From Eledone cirrhosa (Eukaryota), in the NCBI GenBank assembly GCA_964016885.1, contig OZ024742.1, positions 255,688,001 to 255,752,000 of the forward strand: a stretch of DNA of 64,000 bases, written 5' to 3'. How positions within the stretch are numbered: the stretch's first letter is position 1; every line of letters starts with the position of its first letter. Under the pieces are notes generated by a model. The model did no database searches, was not told the origin of the DNA, and was given only the letters and a program-made list of their open reading frames with translations. Both the position numbers and the translations under genes were made by a program. Of this stretch, positions 52,733 through 64,000 are shown one piece after another.

Positions 52733-53960
52733 ACGAAGGAAATGTGGTAAGGAACCAGATGGACCATAACGCACCAAAGTACTCAATACTTAGGGTAGTA
52801 GAGTGGGTAATAGGAACGAGTAGGACCCCGACGGCTGAGCTCAAGCCGTTTCGACGGCTAATTGTGGACTAAAGCAAAATTTTTATCCTGGTATTTGAAT
52901 AGCCGAGCATCCCAGGGGGTAATTCCATATATGGTAAATGTGATTGTCACAAGGATTGGTCAACAGTTTGTTGTTGAGACATAATAATTCTATCATGGCA
53001 ATTTGTGGAGGGAAGGGGTAGCTGAACCTGCCAGTAGAAGATAGAGGGAGAGGGGGTGGGAAGAAACCCAGTCGTGCGTTGATAGTGCCAGCTACGGCTG
53101 GGCAAGAAGTCAAAGAAGATACTAGGGGGGGGGGGTGAGAGGGAGAAAGTCGAAACAATAAGTAAAACAATATGGGGTAAATATATAGAAAAATACCGGG
53201 AGTGTTAAAAAACAATTAAGTGTAAAGAAAAAAACAATTTCTGGTTACTATAACAGCTATCAAGTCTCTCACTGAAAGAAAGGTTTACTAGGTGGGACGG
53301 AATTATAATGAGACCCTTTTAAGAGGTATGAGTAAACAACCGAATATATCTTACGGTGACGGGTCAACAAGTGGGGGGCCAAAATACTAAATAAACTACC
53401 ACGAAATAATAAATCAGAGTCCCGAGACCAGTATGAAATAAATGTTTCTACCCCAGGCACAAGGCCAGCAACCACCCAGTGCAAAACAAATAAACTAATA
53501 CGAAATAATAATTCAAAATCCCGAAAAAGAATACTAATACTATCTCTAAGGGTGCCGCCACGCTACAAACATTCTAGTGCAAACTACATAAATGGTCGTA
53601 CGAAGTATATGTAAAATTTGATACGGAAAATTAATTCAGAATCCCCCCTAAAAAAAAAATAAATAAATACTGATATACGAGAAATTAAAGCAAAGATACC
53701 ACTAAGAAATATAGAAAGCACGGAAAAGGTGCAGCCATCGGATAAGAAAACTAGTATCCGGGATCTAACACATCTGCTATAAAAAGCGGAGTCGGCCAAA
53801 TCTATCATAGATTAGGGGAAGGGGGTGGTGGTACCGAGGCTACAAGGGACCGAGGGCTGCCTCGGGTGGGCGAGAGAGTAAAAGGACGACGACAAAGAAA
53901 GAGGACTGGGGTGGTATCTTTGCTTTAATTTCTCGTATATCAGTATTTATTTATTTTTTA
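52730..53960 (-). mobile_element. Solo 3' UTR/pLTR of the second Naiad-like family, with a short inverted 5' segment
   Basis: Collinear with 10942-12090. 53915-53960 is an inverted copy of about 53655-53700. An HHR-like motif lies at 52825-52920. Confidence 0.85.
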
Positions 53961-54547
53961 TTTATATTTTTATTTATTTATTTATTTTTTTGTTGGTGGT
54001 GGTGGTGGGGGGGGGGGGAGGTTCTGAATGACGACATTGGCCACGTGATTCCGACTAACCAGTGCCATGATCTCATTAGACAGCTGCTTACATAATAAGA
54101 TTACGTTCAAGGGGCAATCCAATTAAAACGACAAGGGAACGGCCCAAAATGATGTTCCTGAAGACTTCGCGCGGCTTTTCAAACATCACCTGCGTCCTTC
54201 AATGGATACAATTATTTAGAATTTCAAACCTAGAATTGATTGCCCGCCCGAGTATCTTGAGGATGTCCACACTCTCAGAGATACAGAGCCACAGATTTGA
54301 TGTGATTTTTGTTACCACTTGTCTGAGGATCAGGCAGGCTTGGAGTCTGGTATGGGTGCCAACCCAGATAACGAACCAGCTGTTTGAGAAACATTTGTAA
54401 CCAGGATTGGGCAATAAATCTATGTAACACCTCCATTTTGCTCTTGTTGTATACATTTTGCTGACCTAGGTTCTCTCACCAGTTTTTTTCGGACTTACTG
54501 GACTTTCTGCACACACACACGCACGGACACACACAAGCACACACACA

Positions 54548-54673
<126 letters not shown>

Positions 54674-54958
54674 AAATGGCAGGGTGAGCGCGCACGTGTG
54701 TTTTTTTCTCATTATTTTCTGTTCCTCCTTCTTACACTTTATCTCTCTATTTCTAATTCAATTTCCTGATGAATGACTAGTGTCCCAATCTTTAAGTAAC
54801 GTTTCCTGTTATTTCAAGTAGTAAACTAATATATTTCTTCAATGTACTGCGTTTTTGTTTTGTTATTTCAGTTTACGCGTTACACGAGCGCGCGCGCGCG
54901 CACACACACATATATATATATACACACCCACACACACAGCCATATATATATATACATA

Positions 54959-55169
54959 CAGGGTCGCCCAAAAATCACACAGGGGTCGCAACTGTTTATA
55001 TTTTTTTTTATTTTATAATATTTAGTAATGTAGATGTGTGTGAAGGATTGACGAGTGCAAAATAATTTCCATTATGTCCTTTAAGTTGTATCAACTTTCC
55101 TACATCAATCCATACAATTCATGAAGTTAATAAAAACTAAAACTCCTGTGTCACTCTTGGGCCACACTG
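54959..55169. mobile_element. Tc1/mariner-type MITE
   Basis: ta|cagggtcgcccaa ... ttgggccacactg|ta, with imperfect TIRs and TA flanks. Confidence 0.55.
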
Positions 55170-55250
<81 letters not shown>

Positions 55251-55378
55251 AGAGGGTCTTTTTCCGTGACAATTATTTGTTCAACAGTGTGTCTCCACCA
55301 GTTTGATATGTGGCTTGAGTCGCAGAAAAATGAGCAAATAGATGATCCTTAAAATGTGAAGCAATGATTCAAATGAGA

Positions 55379-55444
<66 letters not shown>

Positions 55445-55448
<4 letters not shown>

Positions 55449-58400
55449 ATGCAATAACAGAGATAGCTTAAAGCTAAACTCTGACTGGTAACTATCTCAC
55501 TCAACAAACATTAGGTTATATGTTAGTATAAACCTAATTTAAGTGTTTGGGGTGCTAACTATATGTATTATGTGGAAAGTCAGTTGTATTATTTTATGAG
55601 ATATAATTAAAGTTAAAATATATCTCTCTTTCCAAACAATTGTTTCATTATAAGTTTTCTACAAATTAGGAGAATGTTTCCAGTTTATGTAGAAGCCTAA
55701 CATATATTCATGTAAGAATATATTTAGGTGGGCACTTATAAATCATCAGTGGAAGCCCATTAAACTTTGATATAAGAAAAAATTCTTACCGCAGTTAAAA
55801 ATCGTGTCTGCTAAGCTGTTCCCACACGCATCGAATGACCGCCAAATTAGAAATTCCAGCAGTTATTGACTGAGGAAGTATTATAGCGTCACGAAGCGGG
55901 AAGGGGAGATAACCAATACACGAGAAAAGAAAAAAAATAATATTCACGCGGGTTAATTAGTTTTTACAAAAAATATTATCAATCCAACGTGTTTAGAACT
56001 CAATTGAAATTTAAAAAATAAATGCATGCGTGTATTAATTACACACGCATATAGATATTTTCTTAGGCTAAAAACAGAAGTCGTACCCGAATAACAAACC
56101 GCATTTCATAACCGGAGTAAATACGGAAAGTTACGCTACAAAGGGCAATCGGGAATGTAAATCTCCGGCCGAATTAAGAGTAAAATATTAAATATACGTG
56201 GGTTAATTAGTTATTTCAAAACTAATATTAATTCCACGTGTTAAGAACTGAATTAATTTTAAAAAATAAAAGTATGCATGTAATTATATACACAGGCATA
56301 TATATATTTTCTTAGGCTAAAAACAGAGAAGTGGCAACCAAAAAACCATCATATCGCACAACAGTAATAAATACGGAAAGTCATATTTATAAGGTACCTG
56401 GAAATAAATACCTCTGGCAAATCAAGCGTAAAATATTTAATACAATAACAGAGATAGCTTAAAGCTAAACTCTAACTGGTAACCATCTCACTCAACAAAC
56501 ATTAGGTTATATGTTAGTATAAACCTAATTTAAGTGTTTGGGGTGCTAACTATATGTATTATGTGGAAAGCCAGTTGTATTATTTTATGAGATATAATTA
56601 AAGTTAAAATATATCTCTTTCCAAACAATTGTTTCATTATAAGTTTTCTACAAATTAGGAGAATGTTTCCAGTTTATGTAGAAGACTAACATATATTCAT
56701 GTAAGAATATATTTAGGTGGGCGCTTATAAATCATCAGTGGAAGCGCATTAAACTTTGATATAAGAAAAAATTCTTAACGCAGTTAAAAATCGTGTCTGC
56801 TAAGCTGCTCCAACACGCATCGAATGACCGCCAAATTTGAAATTCCAGCAGTTATTGACTGAGGATGTATTATAGCGTCACGAAGCGGGAAGGGGAGATA
56901 ACCAATACACGAGAAAAGAAAAAAATAATATTCACGCGGTTTAATTAGTTTTTTCAAAAAACATTATCAATCCAACGTGTTAAAAACTCAATTGAAATTA
57001 AAAAAATAAATGCATGCATGTATTAATTACACACGCATATAGATATTTTCTTAGGCTAAAAACAGAAGTCGTACCCGAATAACAAACCGCAGTAAATACG
57101 TAAATTTACGCTACAAAGGGCAATCGGGAATGTAAATCTCTGGCCGAATTAAGAGTAAAATATTAAATATACGTGGGTTAATTAGTTATTTCAAAACTAA
57201 TATTAATTCCACGTGTTAAGAACTGAATTAATTTTAAAAAATAAAAGTATGCATGTAATTATATACACAGGCATATATATATTTTCTTAGGCTAAAAACA
57301 GAGAAGTGGCAACCAAAAAACCATCATATCGCACAACAGTAATAAATACGGAAAGTCATATTTATAAGGTACCTGGAAATAAATACCTCTGGCAAATCAA
57401 GCGTAAAATATTTAATACAATAACAGAGATAGCTTAAAGCTAAACTCTAACTGGTAACCATCTCACTCAACAAACATTAGGTTATATGTTAGTATAAACC
57501 TAATTTAAGTGTTTGGGGTGCTAACTATATGTATTATGTGGAAAGCCAGTTATATTATTTTATGAGATATAATTAAAGTTAAAATATATTTCTCTTTCCA
57601 AACAATTGTTTCATTATAAATTTTCTACAAATTAGGAGAATGTTTCCAGTTTATGTAGAAGACTAACATATATTCATGTAAGAATATATTTAGGTGGGCG
57701 CTTATAAATCATCAGTGGAAGCGCATTAAACTTTGATATAAGAAAAAATTCTTAACGCAGTTAAAAATCGTGTCAGCTAAGCTGCTCCAACACGCATCGA
57801 ATGACCGCCAAATTTGAAATTCCAGCAGTTATTGACTGAGGATGTATTATAGCGTCACGAAGCGGGAAGGGGAGATAACCAATACACGAGAAAAGAAAAA
57901 AATAATATTCACGCGGTTTAATTAGTTTTTTCAAAAAACATTATCAATCCAACGTGTTAAAAACTCAATTGAAATTAAAAAAATAAATGCATGCGTGTAT
58001 TAATTACACACGCATATAGATATTTTCTTAGGCTAAAAACAGAAGTCGTACCCGAATAACAAACCGCAGTAAATACGTAAATTTACGCTACAAAGGGCAA
58101 TCGGGAATGTAAATCTCTGGCCGAATTAAGAGTAAAATATTAAATATACGTGGGTTAATTAGTTATTTCAAAACTAATATCAATTCCACGTGTTAAGAAC
58201 TCAATTAATTAAAAAAAATAAAAGTATACATGTAATTATATACACAGGCATATATATATTTTCTTAGGCTAAAAACAGAGAAGTGACAACCAAAAAACCA
58301 TCATATCGCACAACACTAATAAATACGGAAAGTCATATTTATAAGGTACCTGGAAATAAATACCTCTGGCCAATCAAGAGTAAAATATTTAATACAATAA

Positions 58401-59742
58401 CAGAGATAGCTTAAAGCTAAACTCTGACTGGTAACCATCTCACTCAACAAACATTAGGTTATATGTTAATATAAACCTAATTTAAGTGTTTGGGGTGCTA
58501 ACTATATGTATTATGTGGAAAGCCAGTTGTATTATTTTATGAGATATAATTAAAGTTAAAATATATTTCTCTTTCCAAACAATTGTTTCATTATAAATTT
58601 TCTACAAATTAGGAGAATGTTTCCAGTTAATGTAGAAGCCTAACATATATTCATGTAAGAATATATTTAGGTGGGCGCTTATAAATCATCAGTGGAAGCC
58701 CATTAAACTTTGATATGAGAAAAAATTCTTACCGCAGTTAAAAATCGTGTCTGCTAAGCTGCTCCCATACGCATCGAATGACCGCCAAATTTGAAATTCC
58801 AACAGTTTTTGACTGAGGAAGTATCATAGCGTCACGAAGCGGGAAGGGGAGATAACCAATACACGAGAAAAGAAAAAAATATTATTCACGCGGGTTAATT
58901 AGTTTTTTAAAAAACATTATCAATCCAACGTGTTAAGAACTCAATTGAAATTAAAATAATAAATGCATGCGTGTATTAATTACACACGCATATAGATATT
59001 TTCTTAGGCTAAAAACAGAAGTCGTACCCGAATAACAAACCGCATTTCATAACCGCACTAAATACGGAAAGTTACGCTACAAAGGGCAATCGGGAATTAA
59101 ATCTCTGGCCGAATTAAGAGTAAAATATTAAATATACGTGGGTTAATTAGTTATTTCAAAACTAATATCAATTCCACGTGTTAAGAACTGAATTAATTTA
59201 AAAAAATAAAAGTATGCATGTAATTATATACACAGGCATATATATATTTTCTTAGGCTAAAAACAGAGAAGTGACAACCAAAAAACCATCATATCGCACA
59301 ACAGTAATAAATACGGAAAGTCATATTTATAAGGTACCTGGAAATAAATACCTCTGGCCAATCAAGAGTAAAATATTTAATACAATAACAGAGATAGCTT
59401 AAAGCTAAACTCTGACTGGTAACCATCTCATTCAACAAACATTAGGTTATATGTTAGTATAAACCTAATTTAAGTGTTTGGGGTGCTAACTATATGTATT
59501 ATGTGGAAAGCCAGTTGTATTATTTTATGAGATATAATTAAAGTTAAAATATATCTCTCTTTCCAAACAATTGTTTCATTATAAGTTTTCTACAAATTAG
59601 GAGAATGTTTCCAGTTTATGTAGAAGCCTAACATATATTCATGTAAGAATATATTTAGGTGGGAGCTTATAAATCATCAGTGGAAGCCCATTAAACTTTG
59701 ATATAAGAAAACATTCTTACCGCAGTTAAAAATCGTGTCTGC

Positions 59743-59745
<3 letters not shown>
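55445..59745 (-). mobile_element. Tandem array of about 4.4 x ~980-bp non-coding units with 5 hammerhead ribozymes (retrozyme-like or non-autonomous PLE)
   Basis: Units start at about 55445, 56436, 57411, 58388 and 59376. HHRs (-) lie at 55630-55754, 56619-56743, 57596-57720, 58573-58697 and 59561-59685. No ORF of 60 aa or more; flanked by (TA)n. Confidence 0.88.
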
Positions 59746-59799
<54 letters not shown>

Positions 59800-60129
59800 A
59801 AAAGAATGAAACGAAATTTCATTTCTCACTCTTAGTACGGCTGATACTTAAATGTAAGTATGTGTGTATACAGACGTACAGTAGTAGGTATATATATACA
59901 TACATGCACACACATATATATGTACGTATGGGTTTACCGAACATTTATTATAATGTTCGATTTGTTTGTAAACAAACAAACAGCCCGAATTACGCAGTAC
60001 AGTGTTCAGGCAACCATCGCCGCTTTTTTGTTCTACTCTGTCAGTGTTGAACAAATAATTGTTGAACAAACAATTGCCACGGAAAAAGACATATTGAAAT
60101 ATTAATCTATTTTGACAACCCTGTGTATA

Positions 60130-61050
60130 TATTTCCCCAAAGCTTTGAAAATGTGAGATTCCCTATTCTCTGGAAACAACCAGATAATGCATGCCTTAGT
60201 AAGAAATATATAAATCTATAGCAAACATGTGATAATACTACAGCCACAATACAAAACAGACATAGTCATCTCCTGGCAAGTCAACACCTCCAATAACAAG
60301 GTGACATCCTTTTGGCCTTACTCTTCTGTATTCTTATACCATCCATAATCTTGAAAGCAGAACTGGAATGCAACTTATGTGTCTCTATTAGTGGTCAGTT
60401 GCTGTCAAATCTTAGCTACACCGATGACATAGCTGCTGTAAACATCTGTAGTCATGATCTGCAAAAGTACCTTGATGCTCTAGCTAGGCCTAGAGCAGAA
60501 GATGGGCTAGTTGTAAACGTCTTCAAAACAAAATGCAGATCAACAGATATGAATAATCAAACTCTACACCATACAATATTTGATAAACCAATACAAGTTA
60601 CAGAATTTGCCTATTTAGGCCATAGACTGTGAAACACGAATGGTGGTTCTGTTGCAGTTAATCACAGAATAGGCTGAATCAGTCCAGCTTTTAAGAAAAA
60701 TGTAGAACCTCACAACGGATCCAAATTTACATTCCAAATGTAATATCTACAACTCATATTGCTTACCTGTCGTCCTTTATGGTGGAGAATGTATGAACAG
60801 GGCCGCAACTCTGATTAGTAATATTCAGACCTTTCAAAACCCTATTGTGAGGTTCCTGGCAAACCCAAAATTACGTGACCACATAAAATTTGTGGATCTT
60901 CTAGAAGCCACTAAATCAGATGTGCATTATCAAAGGCCTGAATCGTTTTGGACATGTTAAACGTTCACAAAATATGCACGGAGGTGGTTTAATTGACAGT
61001 AAAAGAAAAGGGTTATGCCGCCAAGACACTGGAAAGCTAATCCCTATAAA
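60130..61050 (+). pseudogene. Decayed LINE RT remnant (RTE-like)
   Basis: LSNLSYTDDIA, GLVVNVFKTK, EFAYLG. Confidence 0.7.
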
Positions 61051-61076
61051 TGGTCTGATCTAAATCTCTCTATCTA

Positions 61077-61482
61077 TCTATATACTACTAAAATTCTGTG
61101 ATTTCTTGCTTGCTTGCTTGTCTGTAATGTAATACAGCCAGAGAGGCGCACAATGGGAAAAATTCTTTGAAAGAAAGTTGACCCTGAAATTGGAATACAA
61201 ATGAAATAAAACAAGTTTCGCGTAAATGGGACCATGGGTTCCCGAGATATGGGGTTTTTCCGGGTACCTTAATAAACAGAGAGAGTGAGAGAGAAGGATA
61301 GAGATAAAGAGATAGTGGTTGTGAGAGAGTAGAATGAGAGAGAAACAGACAGAATGAGAGAGAGGGAGAAAGAAAAGGAAAATGGAAGCGAGTGAGGGGG
61401 GGGGGGCGCTGGTGGTGTTGTTGTATGAAATTACAACCGGTGACTTCAAAGAAACGAATACAGCGTTACGGTATCTTGCTAA
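61077..61482 (+). mobile_element. Possible non-autonomous Helitron-like element
   Basis: 5' a|TCtatatactactaaaa followed by a microsatellite; weak 3' hairpin and a CTAA end. Confidence 0.4.
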
Positions 61483-61534
61483 ATAGAAAGGATTTATAAG
61501 TGTGTGTGTGTGCATATATATATATATATATAAT

Positions 61535-61620
<86 letters not shown>

Positions 61621-62336
61621 AGATTATGTTTCCGAGGCAATCCAAATTGGATCGACATGGGAACGGATGAATTGCGTGTTTTGGGGTTTTTCATCCGCTC
61701 CCTTGTGAGTACCAATTCACCCCCACCGACCTGCGCAAGCGCATGTCAGAAGGAACTTGACCATTAGCCACCGCAGATTTCAACGAAATTCGCTTAGTTA
61801 GTTCACCCTCTCAGCCAAAACAATGGCCCACCAATGCCTGTACCATATTTTACTGCTAACCATCACGGCTGTGGCAGTCAGCCGAGAACCAGAGGGGATG
61901 GGAGGGTGTTAGTTTTTACAGGTCATAATACTACCCCTCACTAAGCGTTGACGGTACGACTGACTATCACCTTATAAGGGAAAATAAACTTAATTCTAGG
62001 TATCATGGTTTTACGTTGGAAGTTAAGAGTGAGAGTTGGAAATAAAAATTAAAATCCTAAATCAAATATCAGAAATTATAAATTAAACAATTAAGAAATT
62101 AACAATTAGAAATTAAAGAATAAAACAAAATTCTTTTCAGGTGATAATTCGGATTGAGGCGAGTAAAAATATAGACTGAAGTGGGTAAATAATATGGAGA
62201 GAGATGTTTAAGTAATATGTTCTGAGAGGGATTCTAGTGTCACAGTTATTCTATCCACATACTGAACGACAGTGCCGTACATTATAACTGAGGGCAAACT
62301 ACAGGGCTCTAGGCATTAGTCAATCTGGTACACAGT

Positions 62337-62539
62337 CATAATTTCCATCACATGGAACAAAATCAAAGAAAAACAGACATAAAGTACACAAAAGAAAAGA
62401 ACAGAACCAATAGTGAATAAATGCAAAAACACAGAGTACATAAATGCAAAATGATCCATATGATTGTCCATCTGTTCTTTTCTTTTGTGTACTTTATGTC
62501 TATTTTTCTTTGATATTGTTCCATGTGATGGAAATTATG
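62337..62539. repeat. Palindrome with ~70-bp arms
   Basis: cataatttccatcacatggaacaa ... ttgttccatgtgatggaaattatg. Confidence 0.85.
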
Positions 62540-62943
62540 TTATAAGTTGAGGGAACAGACTATATATGTTAGGGTATATATTTTGTTCCTCCCCTAATTG
62601 TGACATTTCAGAATTTGAAAGGTAGAGACTATATATATTACAGAAATTATTTTGCGGCAGAATAAGCGAGATCCTTAGTAGATCTTTTCCTTGCAAGGCC
62701 AGTGACGAAACTGGCAGTTAGCCAAGACCACGTGCCAAATGTCCAGGCATGTTCAATGCAGATATAGATAGATTTCATATATATATATATTTTTTTTTTC
62801 TTTCTATTCTCTTTTTAACAGTAACATTTCAGTTGGATGAGAGAAACTATGTATACATATATATACATGTATACACACACACATATACACATATTCACAG
62901 ACACACACACAAATACACATACACATAAATATATATGTAATTG

Positions 62944-63445
62944 AAATTCGTATTTGTACAGAAATACGGTATGTTTATAAATAAACATTTAGAAAACCAT
63001 AGCTATGAAAAAACACTGGCAGCTAGCGCCACAAAGCGGTGCTCAGCAGAAGCAAGAGGGACAATCGTCGATGCATTTCGAACTCGACTGGTTCGTGTCA
63101 GATCAATCTCTCCCGCTCTTGCAACTGCCGGACTTTGAAAACAGGCGAAAATATATAGTATTTTCGTCTGTGTAAATGAGGTGATTAATCTCATTTGCAT
63201 CTGAAGATGTATAAGTTGACCCAACTTAATATAGAATAGAATTAGAATTTAGCTCCGAAAATAGTTGTATACAAATATGTATTTGAATTTCCTATTTCTA
63301 AAGAAATATAGTATGTTTATAAATAAACATTTAGAAAGACATAGCTATGAAAAGCACTGACAGCTAACGCCACCAAACGATGCATAGAAAATTCAAATAC
63401 ATATTTGTATACAACTAGGTTCGAAGCGAAATTCAAATTCTAATT
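62944..63445. repeat. Mixed direct + inverted repeat
   Basis: 62944-63045 recurs at about 63295-63385, and 63236-63292 is inverted at 63387-63445. Confidence 0.7.
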
Positions 63446-63672
63446 ATATATATATCTCAGGATTTAACCAGTTTTAAAGTAGTAAGATCATTATTCAGCA
63501 GATTATTCGATACTTGGGATAATAGAGTGTGACTATATTAGAAAGGATCGGGGCCAAACGGCTGAGCTCTTTCCGTTTCGACAGATAATACTAGAAGCTG
63601 GAATTAGTGGTCGTAACAGCAAGTGGTCAGCCGCTGGACCCCGACTCCTAATATATATTGTATGTGGATGCG

Positions 63673-63706
<34 letters not shown>

Positions 63707-63836
63707 TATATATATATCATTGATATATATATATATATATAGTAATAATAATAAATTTGAAGACTAAAATGCAACGAGGGCTCGATAAGGATAAATATAT
63801 ATCAAACATATAAGAACCGTAGAGCAAATATTTATT

Positions 63837-63918
63837 AAAATAACAGATTAAAGTTTAAGCAAAGAATCGGTGCTTTCACCCTTAACGGGATCTACTTTGC
63901 TGAAACTTTATTCTGTTA

Positions 63919-63925
<7 letters not shown>
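63837..63925. repeat. Short palindrome next to (TA)n
   Basis: aaaataacagattaaagttt..agcaaag / ctttgct..aaactttattctgttatttt. Confidence 0.75.

Positions 63926-64000
<75 letters not shown>

Noticed and set aside
63195-63245. ctgaaga + hairpin as a hammerhead
   Set aside because: The second box is GAAT rather than GAAA, and I found no stem I partner.

Overview
AT-rich, microsatellite-dense eukaryotic DNA, probably an invertebrate; a cephalopod such as Octopus is my inference from the repeat landscape. I found no confidently identifiable host gene, and the window is almost entirely transposable elements. (1) A young 8.8-kb Penelope-like retroelement (PLE) array at 450-9290 carries two identical intact 773-aa RT + GIY-YIG ORFs in divergent orientation, probably of the Naiad clade. 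(2) Further decayed PLEs lie at 10.9-13.8 kb and 29-31.6 kb. (3) A nested cluster of Tx1/L1-like LINEs with an R4/Dong-like fragment occupies 35.7-46 kb. (4) tRNA-derived SINEs, Helitron-like elements and Tc1/hAT remnants are scattered throughout. (5) There are many 100-500 bp fold-back palindromes. The standout signal is about 20 type I hammerhead ribozyme (HHR) motifs read by eye. Several unrelated families have an unusually large, branched 40-96 nt stem II. One of them is a non-coding ~980-bp tandem array at 55.4-59.7 kb with one such HHR per unit, resembling a retrozyme. All RNA structures were paired manually and none was computed.
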